A DNA stretch of 63,985 nucleotides, the filler included, from Octopus bimaculoides (Eukaryota), in assembly GCF_001194135.2 (NCBI RefSeq). It is 5 parts of 5 records of this genome, joined end to end, with 100 filler letters (N's around TTAATTAATTAA, not from the genome) between each part and the next. Parts side by side here need not be neighbours in the genome. Positions count along the whole stretch, not along the records: positions 1 to 17,847 come from NC_069000.1; positions 17,948 to 40,734 come from NC_068992.1; 3 more parts are not named here. The stretch is one strand, 5' to 3'. Positions 12,765 through 24,589 of this stretch are shown here, one piece after another. Under the pieces are notes generated by a model, which did no database searches, had not been told where the DNA came from, and saw only the letters and a list, made by a program, of their open reading frames with translations. The first letter of the stretch is position 1; every line of letters starts with the position of its first letter. A program made the translations under genes and the position numbers.

Positions 12765-13020
12765 GAATTCACCAAAAAAGACGAAGACAGGTGGTGTAGA
12801 CAACAAACAGATATACTAGTTTAACGCTCGGGAAGTGAAAAAGTCTTTAACGTTTAGGGCCTACGCTCTTCCACAGAAACGAACACAGAAAGAAACAATT
12901 AGAGAAAATAAAGAATGTGTAGTGTCTAGCGATCTATCACGACGAATGCCGGACAGAGGGGTCACACAGGAGAGCTAGGAAGAAAGGGAGATAATAAATT
13001 CGTGGTGATCCCAAAATGAA
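12765..13020 (-). mobile_element. Penelope pLTR-like repeat with a degenerate hammerhead motif
   Basis: Minus 12879-12845: UUU CUGUGGA A GAGC-GUAG-GCCC UAA ACGU U AAA; two core substitutions. Confidence 0.45.
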
Positions 13021-13227
13021 GATGCGCGTGCACACACGCACACACACACACACACATATGTATGTATATATATACATACATATATGTGCATAAGCATCTT
13101 ACGCACTTATATGCCGATATATTTATATATTTTTGGAATAAATATACAACACTAGCGTTGCTTCGAGTTCATAATTGAATATACAAACATACACAAACAC
13201 ACGCGCGCATACACACACACGCACATA

Positions 13228-13768
13228 TTAGGGTGTCCAGACAGTAATTGCGTTTTTTCACCACTATGAAATATGATTCAAGGAATTACGTCAGAGCCAT
13301 GGTCGAATGGTCGAGAACTGTCTAGAAATAGTATATCATCTCTCCTCTCCGGCAGTGTGTCATTCGTAGCTATTTCGGTAATCAATGCCATGAAAGATAA
13401 GAACTTTATTAACCAACATATCCGCCATTGCTTACCGTATGAGTTTCGAAAGAAAAGTACACCTACAGTAGCAATGAAAAAAACTTTTGTGAAGTGTATC
13501 CGGATGCAGTGAAGGCCCTACATGTCAGCTGTTGTCTAAAAGGTATAAAGATGACGATTGTGATATATCCGACAAGCCGCGCTCTGGAAGACGTACCACT
13601 TTGAACGACGACCTTTTGAATGAGACTATTGTATTACATCAACATCTAATACAATAGTAGAGATTTCGCGCAAAGATTTAATCTGTCATGTTCAACTATC
13701 CACAAACGTCTGACGGAAATTGGGAAAACATACAAAGAGGGAAATTGGGTTCCACATGAATTTACGCT
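13228..13768 (+). mobile_element. mariner 5' half with left TIR, decayed
   Basis: TA then TTAGGGTGTCCAGACAGTAATTGCG TIR; frameshifted translation HIRHCLPYEF...DKPRSGR...STIHKRLTEIGKTYKEGNWVPHEF (WVPHEL motif). Confidence 0.85.
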
Positions 13769-13774
13769 TGTATT

Positions 13775-13890
13775 TAATTTATCGACTCCTGTAAGAATGA
13801 AATGGGGGAAAAATGACTTCGGCAGCATTCGAACTCAGAACGTAGTGAACCGGAACGAAGGCCCACATGTTAACAATTCAGCCAGCTTGC
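13775..13890 (-). mobile_element. Meta-like SINE fragment
   Basis: tttatcgactcc...gacttcggcagcattcgaactcagaacgta. Confidence 0.6.
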
Positions 13891-14611
13891 TGTCCCAGAG
13901 ATATCCTATTATGAATACCAGTTTATTAACTAGTAGGAGGTGCACAGTAAGCAATTTCGACAAGCAAAACAAAACGATTCAATACACACACACACAACAT
14001 TTCAAAATGGCAAAAGCGAGCGTAAATAAACTAGCGTGGTGCCGGCAGTTTTCTTTATTGTAAAACAATTTTCAAAAGTGTTATTAGTTTGGGCTTTCCG
14101 TTACTCTGGATACAGGTTTATATATATATATATATATNNNNNNNNNNNCATTCGCCAAAAACCAAATCAAAGCTAAAATAAACAAAAGTAAAAAAAAATA
14201 TATATAATATAAAAGCAAAAAAAGGAAGAAAAATGATGACATGAAGAGAAACAACAATTTATCTATCGGCCGGTGGTCTCTTCATATCATATGGCTCAGA
14301 TCTCGTACCTGTTGACAGATGTTTGACTTACCCCGCCCCACAAGAAAGAATATAGAAAGAAGATGAATGAAAAGCAAAAAAAAAAAAAAAAACGAAAAAA
14401 AAAACATTCCAGACAACGAAAATAGTGACAAAATGGCACTGCGTGGTATGAAGATGTCAATAGTTACTACAGGGTCCATAGTGCCCTTGGGAGTCCATTT
14501 AAGATTTTGTTGTTTAAATTTATCTACAATAAATTGGTTATACTTCTGCAATACATAAAATATTTTAACAACTTTTTAATTCAATTTCTAATAATATTTA
14601 ATTATTAAGTA

Positions 14612-14830
14612 GAGCGGCGATCTAGCAAAATCGTTAGCACTCCGGACAAAGTGCTCAGTGGCACACTTAGTCCGTCTACACGTTCGAAGTTAAAATTTTG
14701 CCGAGGTCGACTTTGTCTTTCATCCTTTCGGAGTTGATATAATAAGTGCCAGTTGAGTATTGGGATCGCTGTAATCAACTTAGTCTCTTCTCCAAAATTG
14801 CTAGCCTTTCGTTAAAAATTGAAGCCAATT
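14612..14830 (+). mobile_element. Meta-like SINE
   Basis: gcggcgatctagcaaaatcgttagcac...gaggtcgactttgtctttcatcctttcggagttgat. Confidence 0.8.
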
Positions 14831-14985
14831 TTTAAACTATATTTTAAACTAATTTTTTAAACTATATCTAGTCAATTTTTAAACTATATTTTAAACTAAT
14901 TTTTTAAACTATACCTAGCCAATTTTTAGACTATATTTTAAACTAATTTTTTAAGCTATATTTTAAACTAATTTTAAAACTATAT
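14824..14985. repeat. AT-rich minisatellite, ~47-bp unit built from TTTTAAACTA subunits
   Basis: About three copies of gccaatttttaaactatattttaaactaattttttaaactatatcta. Confidence 0.85.
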
Positions 14986-16447
14986 CAATAGGTTTCGTTT
15001 TAGGATTTGGATTCTTAATGTGAGTTCGTGTGTTGAAGCTAGCTGCAGACTCGTGGTTACATTTAGTAGTGATGACCCGGAATTTGTTCCTCTTCGATTA
15101 CTATCGCAAACAGCAGTAGCTTTCTTCAACCGAATACACGTCGTTGATTGGTTGAAATTACCCAAATAAGACAACTTTAACACGAAATAACTTCTAAAAT
15201 ACGAAATTTGGTCAAAAACGTTCAGAGTAAACCGTGTTCTGCGTGAGAAATTCTACCAGTATTCGAAGTTTCAAACTGTTTAGTTAAAAAAAAATTAATG
15301 AAAAAATCTGTGACTGAGATGGAATAGATCCCAAACAAAACAATAGAAGGGCACATTAAAGAATAGAGTCCTAGACAACACTACTATGACGGGATAGCCA
15401 CGGCTTAAATGTGTTTGATCAAGGCTTGGATGGCTATGTCTTGACCCGTGGTTAAACAACAACACCAATAACACCAACAACGATAACTAACGATTAATCT
15501 ATTGGTGACTTTTCACAATCCATTTTGTGTGAGAGAATGTGTCTTTGTATATATGTTTGAATGTATGTGAGCGTGCGTGCGCGGTGTGTATATATATATG
15601 CGTGTGTGTGTGTGTGTGTGTGTGTGCGTGTGTGTGTGCGTGCACGTGTCTCAGTGTTTACACGTATGACTGAGGAGAGTTTGGTGGTGATTTTTGTTTT
15701 CATAAATTAAGTACAAACCGTTTCTATTTTGCCTGGATGTTTGAAAACAAATTATTTCCACGTCTACTGTAGCACCATCCAGACGTGCTCGGGTGGACTT
15801 GGTGACCTCGTCCATCAGAAAACAGGCGAAAGTGTTAGGCTGACGAACGATGTGTTTTTCTTTTTTTTCTTCTCTTTTAAAGTGGGGAGGAGACAGTGGA
15901 AACAAAANNNNNNNNNNNNNNNNNNNNNNNNNNNNNNNNNNNNNNNNNNNNNNNNNNNNNNNNNNNNNNNNNNNNNNNNNNNNNNNNNNNNNNNNNNNNN
16001 NNNNNNNNNNNNNNNNNNNNNNNNNNNNNNNNNNNNNNNNNNNNNNNNNNNNNNNNNNNNNNNNNNNNNNNNNNNNNNNNNNNNNNNNNNNNNNNNNNNN
16101 NNNNNNNNNNNNNNNNNNNNNNNNNNNNNNNNNNNNNNNNNNNNNNNNNNNNNNNNNNNNNNNNNNNNNNNNNNNNNNNNNNNNNNNNNNNNNNNNNNNN
16201 NNNNNNNNNNNNNNNNNNNNNNNNNNNNNNNNNNNNNNNNNNNNNNNNNNNNNNNNNNNNNNNNNNNNNNNNNNNNNNNNNNNNNNNNNNNNNNNNNNNN
16301 NNNNNNNNNNNNNNNNNNNNNNNNNNNNNNNNNNNNNNTATATATATATATATATTATATAAAAGATCGTGGGTAATGCCAAAACAAAGCGTAGTAAATA
16401 CAAGGTAAATCACAAGAAAACAAATATGTGAATTATTGTAGACATAC

Positions 16448-16579
16448 CTTGTATTCAGTATTTCGGGGTTTTGACCCCATCCTCAAAAATTGACGGATGT
16501 TGCCGATGTGCGTGTGTGTGAGCGTGTGAGCGTCAATTTCTTGAAGATGGGGTCATAACCCCGAAATATTGAATACAAG
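16448..16579. repeat. 132-bp inverted repeat; each arm carries a hammerhead-like variant
   Basis: Arms 16448-16495 and 16531-16579 with about four mismatches plus one indel; plus arm reads UUC UUGAAGA U GGGGU-CAUA-ACCCC GAA AUAU U GAA. Confidence 0.8.
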
Positions 16580-17769
16580 CTAAAGATTTTGCAAAACAAA
16601 TCACCTACGCTAAACTATTGAGAAATATACTCAGTTCAGGTTTATACCTGTAATTATTGTAGCACTGGGATTTTTAACACACGGCCTAGGTACCAAGCGT
16701 GAGAAATTAGGGTCCTCAAAACCAGAAAAGTGAAAGACGATTCGAAGACTACAGATCCAATCCATCACTCGAACTGTAAAACTTTCCAGAAGTTTATTAT
16801 TTAAGTATATATGCGCATATCTAAACATGCAACTATATGCATGACAATACATACATAAAACAAAACACACAAATCTACACATGCACTGACTCCAAATAGT
16901 GCACACATACACACATGCATGTAAAAAATACCTTGCTGATGTTGAGATTCCAATGAAGGAACCTTGGATCTAGGTTAGAAAGTGTCTCTTTCTCTACTGG
17001 CAAGAAATCTTGAAGTAAAACTGAATTATGACATAGTATATATATACTTTCACATACAGTGTACTCACACACACAATGAAATATCAACATGAGTTAAATG
17101 AAAAGACACTAGAAAACAGTTATAATTACATGCTATAATTAGTATGTTTATGTATGTGTGTTTGCGTGTCTGTATGTACGTATGAGAGAGGAGGGAGGAA
17201 AGAAAGATAACGATAACGTGTGATAGGAAAAATATAAGAGAACTGGATAAGTAAATATACCTGCGGATACACAGGCACACCTTTAATTACCAGACACAGA
17301 CGCCTAAATCCTAAATCTGTTTTTGTTTATATACACTAGCTATACTGTTATGAATATTATATACACAACACTTACAAATATTTCGTTCGCAACACATATT
17401 GTATACACAAATATAGTAGTTTTTTGTGAAGCATCTTTTCATTTCAAAATAGCTGGTAATTCTGTTGATGAATATTTTGAAAAACAAAAAAAAAAAAATG
17501 CATTTAGTGGTTTAAATACTGTTGATCTTCGTAAATCTTTCAAAGCCGATAAATCCTGTTTGCGAGTATTTTGAAAAAAAAAAAAACAAAAAAAAAACCC
17601 CCGGAAAAAGTCTTAAAGTTTTTATTAGAAGGAAAAACCGTTTGACCTTCGTAAGTCCTTGAAAATTGATGAAATAGATGGCGCTATATCAATACCCTTG
17701 CTAGTACCTCTCTGCTTACTGGTGAAATGAAGAAAGCAGTAGTCACAACATTTATAGGCCCTCCAAGAC

Positions 17770-17847
17770 TGTTGACTTGTTTACGTCCTCGTAAGTAAGC
17801 GGTTCGGTGAACGAGAATGACAGAATAAGTACCAGACTTATAAAACA
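17770..17847 (+). mobile_element. Family A fragment
   Basis: tgtttacgtcctcgtaagtaagcggttcgg...gacagaataagtaccagactta. Confidence 0.6.
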
Positions 17848-17947
17848 NNNNNNNNNNNNNNNNNNNNNNNNNNNNNNNNNNNNNNNNNNNNTTAATTAAT
17901 TAANNNNNNNNNNNNNNNNNNNNNNNNNNNNNNNNNNNNNNNNNNNN
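17848..17947. other. Artificial scaffold gap: 44 N + TTAATTAATTAA + 44 N
   Basis: Identical 100-bp construct at 40735-40834, 57831-57930 and 62561-62660; the pad has stops in all six frames. Confidence 0.95.
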
Positions 17948-18169
17948 ATATATATATATATATTATTTTGTTTAAAAGTGTTCCAACACTGTCTGTTTTT
18001 TTATATTTTATTTATATTCCTGCAAAACCAATGTGGGATATATAATATGGAATATACAATATATAATATAATATGCAATATATAATACAAAATAAAAATA
18101 GATGGTACAATGAAATAAAGTATAGAATGTCTTATTGAATATATGGAATATGTCTTATTGAATATATAA

Positions 18170-18744
18170 TCATAAATATACAGGGATTGGCAAGAGTTGC
18201 TTCTCCAACATACTGAAATTTTAGAAATAGCAGTCAAAGAACTACTGATTCCAAACTACAAATTTTTTTCTCTAACGGATGGCGATATTTATGGCACACA
18301 CAGAACAAAAAAAAACAGAAGAGAAAAGCAAAAACAAACCTGCCTTTAGTTAATAGAGTACGACGTTTCCGATCTTCAGCCCAATATTCGAATAAAGTTG
18401 AAAGTGTCTATATAACTCATGGGAAATTTTGATCATGCGACATCAAAACCACATGAGGAAGGCACTTACGAAATTTATCGGCTAGTGAGTTCAAACACTT
18501 CACTCTAAAGAATCTATTCCATGTGCGCCACAAATAGTCCCGCATAAAAAGTCCCGCATAAAAAGTCCAGTATACAGAGTTACAGTTTAACCATCCAATT
18601 AGAGGCATCAATATAAAATATACAGATATCGCCATCCGTTAGAGAAAAAAATTTGTAGTTTCGAATCAGTAGTTCTTTGACTGCTATTTCTAAAATTTCA
18701 GTATGCTGGAGAAGCAACTCTTGCCAATCCCTGTATATTTATGA
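18170..18744. mobile_element. Non-autonomous element with 108-bp inverted arms and an internal hammerhead-like motif
   Basis: Arms 18181-18288 and 18626-18733 differ at 2 positions; symmetry continues 11 bp outward; hammerhead-like motif on minus 18353-18385; second partial copy at 41696-41921. Confidence 0.85.
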
Positions 18745-18855
18745 ATATAAATGGTTTTACCGATAAAGGTTTTTTCATACTGAACTACTTGGCAACATTG
18801 TTAATTATTAATTTTATTACTAATTGACGATTCTGTGCCCTATATCTGTATACAC

Positions 18856-18886
<31 letters not shown>

Positions 18887-19660
18887 CAAGTGTGCCCCTG
18901 AGTGCTAAATTGGTGTGTTTATATAACATTAAGAGGAAAAATAGACATGGCAGCACCGGACTATCGTAGACTATATTTCCTGCTGAGATGTATTTATGCA
19001 AACGTCGACTTTCACAATAGGCTCACTGCATCCAAGATTCTCAACATTTCCTCACATTTACTGCCTTGTGTATACACACGGCTGGCTTTTTTTCTTCTTG
19101 TGCTTTCTTTTCTGTGTTCTATTGTATTTTCTGTCCTCTGAATAAAACATTTCCGTTCACATTTTCTTTATATTTCTTTATTTGATATATATTTTTTTTT
19201 TTCATTCGGCAATTCTGTCGGTTATCTTTTACAGCCTAGAAGAAAATTCCAACTAACATTTAGAATATGGTGAATATTAGCGTTCAAGCTGTTCGAAATG
19301 TTCGTAATACGCAGCATATAATCGCTTATTTTTTGGATCCACTAATACCAAAATGTTTTTAAATATCAGATGTAAGCATCTCTATGTTAGTGTGTTTAAT
19401 GATACTTGTTCATCTTACGGTGGACTGATGCATCATCAATTCTGTACATATTATAATAGATATTTAGCTACAATTATTCCATAAACTAAAAGTGCCATCC
19501 TCAAAAGAACTTGATTTAATGGCTATTAATTTTCGGATAACCCAGCCAGATGTGTATGCGAGCGGGAGCACTCAGAAATAAATGTCATAAGCACTTCAAT
19601 ACACACACACGAACACACACACGTATTCACAAACATACATACGCACGCGTACAAGGTAAG

Positions 19661-19702
<42 letters not shown>

Positions 19703-19806
19703 TGTGTGTATATACATATATATATGTATGTATACACGCACATATATATATAAATGTATGTGTGTGTAAATATAGATTGATAGATATTTAGATAGATAGA
19801 TTTACG

Positions 19807-19853
<47 letters not shown>

Positions 19854-22247
19854 ATGCGTTTATATACATGCATAGACACATACACGCACAAGCACCCACA
19901 CGCAAGCATACATACATATAAACCTGTCTGCTGCAGTCAAAGTAGGCTAAACGTTTGAACTTTAATCTGACTTCTAAATAATTTAGATATTTTGAAATTA
20001 AATTTGTGAATGTGTTGATGTGTTGCAATATTGGTTTGAATAAATGGCAATTAAAGAGTAATTTAAATAACGTATGGTAAAATAAATTTCCCCTAATCGT
20101 TGAGACAGACAATATAATCAAATCGTTTCCTAATTAGTCAGCAAGTAGAGCAGTTGTTTTTTTTAATTCATTTGGTCTATTAATTACTTTTTATTTTTAT
20201 TGGAGTAATAAACCACAAATGAGAATACGTTCACATGTTGTTCCCGACAATTTAGAGCATACATATTTTGTTTGTAATTTAAAAAAAATTCTGCTATCCA
20301 ATTAACGTTACCGTTTAAGAATTATATAACACATACATTACTAAAAGGTTATAATTAATTCATTCTATTACATTTCTGCTTCCCCTTCTCCAAATGATCG
20401 TCCTCATCATTATCTAAAGAAAACATCAATATTTTCTACATTATACCTCTCATCATCACTCAATAAAGAACATTATCATATGCTATTGGTCTGTCAGTAT
20501 TCTAGAGCACTTTTAGCCAAAATCTGTTGATGTATCATAATGAAATAAATGTATTTAATTTCCTATTGTTGTATCCATGGCGGATTTGAAACAAAAAATA
20601 TTCCAGAATTACTAAGTATTTACTGAGTGTCAAATAGTCATTTAACTTTAATAATTTCTTATTGGTATCTGAAATTATTTTATATTTCGTAACGATTAAG
20701 GACTAAGATTTAAGGTATTTTACTTTAGGATAATAGCAGTTTTATAGCGGTGTACCATTCAACATTTCTGTAAATGCCAACCAGTATGTTGAAACATGTG
20801 AGACATTACCATTTTCAATATGCATCAAAATGTGGTTCTCTTTATTTGTGTCCCTCTAGAAGAGATTCTATAAAAAGTGCTTCAGATTAGGTATGCCGTG
20901 TCCCCTTTTTGAGATATGACCTAAAGTGGTGTAATATCCATTGCTTTCCATCCTGAATGAGACATGACATTCACACAAGAGATTATACGAATACCAATGA
21001 AATTTTTATTTTTACTACTGTTACATAAATACCTATTTTACAAGCTTCTTTATATCAATTTTAATTGCCCTGAACAATAAAAACAATGTAATACAAAAAT
21101 TAGATTACCGGTAGGGAAAGTTTCGTTAATTAATTATACGCAACATATAGAAAACAATAATTTGCATTTATGGAACAGCCCGATTTTGCAACTATCACAC
21201 CGTAACACATGTGACGCATTGTATATAACTAAAGATATCTAAGATCTGAGTCCTATATTTAAGGCCGACATTTTCAATAAATCTTTAGTTCTTCTGTTTC
21301 TCTTCCCGTTTTATATTTTTTCCTTACCAAATATTGGATGACACGACGTATTCATGATTCATTTTTAAAAAGATAAATCTTGAAATTCTGGAATCTGATC
21401 AATAAATAAGCCACAAGTTGATACATTGACTAAACATTGATCATTTGACTTTGGAAGACACAACTGTTTACCATCAGTTTTTGATCTAGTTATATTTGTC
21501 TCATTTTTAGCATTCATTGCAGAAATATATATTTCTTTTCAGTTAAGAGGATTGCGGAAGCTTATTTTTTTTCATCTTCGCCTGATGCTTAAGCTGTTAT
21601 TGTTTATTTTTAACTCGTCTTTCTTTTAGGTTATTTTTACAAACCACTTTTCTTTTTCATGTTCAGGTATCGATTTCGTTCTTGAACATTATAAATCGTT
21701 TCGTAAATTATGATATTCTTATAGATCCAAACAAACTTCAGATAAAGAAATATTTCGAATACGAAAATTTATTGTATTCATATATGTTATCTTACTTAGC
21801 TGCTACGTTATTGCCTTGCTATGTCGATCTTTAAACGCTACGGAATATCAATATATGAATATTGTCTTAGTCAATTCCCTTGAATTTTAAAACAGATATT
21901 CTGGATGTATATGTATGATTGCAACTATATATATGCAAATGCATTAGTAGGTATATAAAGATATGTGTGTGTGTTTGTAGGTGTAGGTGTCATCTGCCAT
22001 CGGAATAACATCACTCGTACAATAATATGTATCAGTGGCGTAATACTCGACACATAATGCCCAAGGTGAATGTATTTGCTTTGCAATGTGAAAATTTATT
22101 ATTGATACACAATTTTGTGATCATTGCAGTAGTACAGCAAAATTGTCATAAGTGCCTTTTAACTCAGCTTTCAAGTGTAATAAAAATATTAATAACTATT
22201 TCACTACACATTCTAACATTAAAAGCCTTTCCCAAATACTACTGCTG

Positions 22248-22254
22248 CTGCAAT

Positions 22255-22350
<96 letters not shown>
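22248..22350. repeat. (CTA)n/(ATA)n microsatellite
   Basis: Direct reading. Confidence 0.95.
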
Positions 22351-22353
<3 letters not shown>

Positions 22354-22464
22354 TAATAAGAATAATAATTGTAACAACAACAACAACAAAAACAATAACA
22401 GCATAATAATTAAGGCCGTCGAAGAAGAGTCAAGTCAACAACAAATGAAAGGAATACAGTTCTA

Positions 22465-23726
22465 TTAGATTGTCAAGAAAGTTCTTGCAGTTTTAAACCT
22501 TTAAGTTCAGATGCACATATCTCGGCTAAAACAAAACGTTATTAATCGAAATAAACACAATCAGGATCAAAACAATTTTGCCAACTCGGAACAAGTTTAT
22601 TTATGTCAGTTGGGTAAAGATTCTTTGTTCTGGTGGCGATGAAGTCATTGAAGGCGTGTCTGACATCATCTTGATTTTTGAAGCATTTCTTACGCAGGAA
22701 GTTGTCGAGATGCTTGAAAAAGTGATAGTCTGTAGGCGAGATGTCTGGTGAGTATGGCGGATGAGGCATGGTTTCGTAGCCCAATTCGTTCAACTTCTGC
22801 AGGTTCAGTTGTGCGATGTGCGGCCGAGCGTTGCCGTGGAGAAGAATTGGTCCTTTTCTATTGACCAATGCTGTCTGTTGTTGTCGGAGTTTCTAATACG
22901 TTTCGCCTATTTACTGACAGTACTTCTCCCACTGTAATGGTTTCGCCTGGATGCCAAAAAGCTTTGATGGATGAGACCGGCCGCAGACCACCAAACAGTC
23001 ACCATGGTTTTCTTTTGATGCAACTTTGGCTTTGGGAAGTGCCATGTAGCTCCGTCGGCGTCCAACCACTGAGCTGAGCGTCGCCGGTTGTCCTAACGAA
23101 TCTACTTTTCATTGCAAGTCACAATCCGGTCGAGAAACTGGTCGTTTTTGTTGCGTAAAAGAAGGGAAGACGACAGTTCAAAAAGGCGTTTTTTTGGCTA
23201 TCGTGTGGCACTTGTTTTTCCAATCTCTTTCAAGTGGTTGGAAATGGTCGTGTAAGATACGTCTAATTCAGAACCAAGCTCTCCAACAGTTGTGCGTGGG
23301 TGGACTTGCATTTGGGCTCTTAGTTGATCGTTGTCAACATCCGATGGCCGACCACTACGCTTATCATTTTCAAGACTCTCGTCACCGTTAGGAGTTTTCT
23401 TGAACCACCATTGTGCTGTACGTCCATTATTGGTTCCTGGACCAAACGCATCGTTGATATCGCGAGCTGTTTCAGCAGCTTTTCAGCCTAGTTTGAACTG
23501 GAATAAGAACATTTTGTGCGAATTTGCTTTTTGTCCATGTTGTATTCAACGATCCCGAAAAAAATGGCCTAATTATTCAAAAACAATAAATTAACACCAT
23601 GAGACAGAGTGAAAACGGGCTTTAAAATGATATATAGAGTCAAGGTAATTTAACGGAAATTAATTTGAAAATACATCATTTAAAACCAAAATTAAGAATT
23701 CTGAAAGAACTTTCTTGACAACCTAA
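22465..23726 (-). mobile_element. Full-length mariner (Hsmar1/cecropia-like), 1262 bp
   Basis: 26-bp TIRs TTAG(A/G)TTGTCAAGAAAGTTCTT(G/T)CAG with TA on both sides (22463-22464, 23727-23728). Confidence 0.93.
22542..23538 (-). pseudogene. Inactivated mariner transposase
   Basis: MDKKQIR...KAAETARDINDAFG...SGRP...IVTCNEK...KKTMVTVWWSAAGLIH...LLHGNARPH...HPPYSPDISPTDYHFF; stops, frameshifts, and the first two catalytic D changed to N and G. Confidence 0.92.
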
Positions 23727-23734
23727 TATATTTC

Positions 23735-23892
23735 AGAGACGAGGAATTATGTGCATTATTTACATTATTTACCTTATTTTTATTTCACGGATATGTGTCC
23801 CCATTTTGTTTGTTATTAACACAACATTTCGGTTGATATACCCTCGAAATTTCGAACCTGGGTTCTAATTTCTAGGGTATTTTTCGATGGTG

Positions 23893-23955
<63 letters not shown>

Positions 23956-24091
23956 ACACTGCCTGGAATAGAACTCAGAAACTTGAGGTTAGTAGCCCAC
24001 GCTCTTAACCACTACCCCACGGGAATATGACGTAGTGGTTAAGAACGTGGGCTACAAACCCCATGATTCCGATTTCGATTCCAGGCAGTGA

Positions 24092-24125
<34 letters not shown>
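23735..24125. mobile_element. Copy of the tRNA-head/(AAT)n/hammerhead family with head-to-head tRNA-like heads; ribozyme core deleted
   Basis: Homologous to 31357-31712; deletion at 23845/23846 removes the CUGAUGA segment; inverted heads at 23950-24015 and 24032-24097. Confidence 0.85.
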
Positions 24126-24407
24126 NNNNNNNNNNNNNNNNNNNNNNNNNNNNNNNNNNNNNNNNNNNNNNNNNNNNNNNNNNNNNNNNNNNNNNNNNNN
24201 NNNNNNNNNNNNNNNNNNNNNNNNNNNNNNNNNNNNNNNNNNNNNNNNNNNNNNNNNNNNNNNNNNNNNNNNNNNNNNNNNNNNNNNNNNNNNNNNNNNN
24301 NNNNNNNNNNNNNNNNNNNNNNNNNNNNNNNNNNNNNNNNNNNNNNNNNNNNNNNNNNNNNNNNNNNNNNNNNNNNNNNNNNNNNNNNNNNNNNNNNNNN
24401 NNNNNNN

Positions 24408-24505
24408 ATAAGAGCACCACAGCAAATCACAGCACATACCCAAGGTGCAAAGAGCTGCGCTCGGTAGTGAAGTGAAAGCACGTTATAAAAATAAAACTAC
24501 TGAAC
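24408..24505 (+). mobile_element. R4/Dong-type LINE 3' UTR end in an (AAT)n tract
   Basis: Nearly identical to 26506-26603; followed by (AAT)n. Confidence 0.8.
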
Positions 24506-24579
<74 letters not shown>

Positions 24580-24589
24580 TAACAAATCA

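Noticed and set aside
17892-17903. TTAATTAATTAA palindrome recurring four times
   Set aside because: Always centred in exactly 44 N + 12 + 44 N; a scaffolding pad, not biology.
18975-19010. CUGCUGA...AAACGUC hammerhead-like string
   Set aside because: A6 and G12 are altered, and neither stem I nor stem II pairs.
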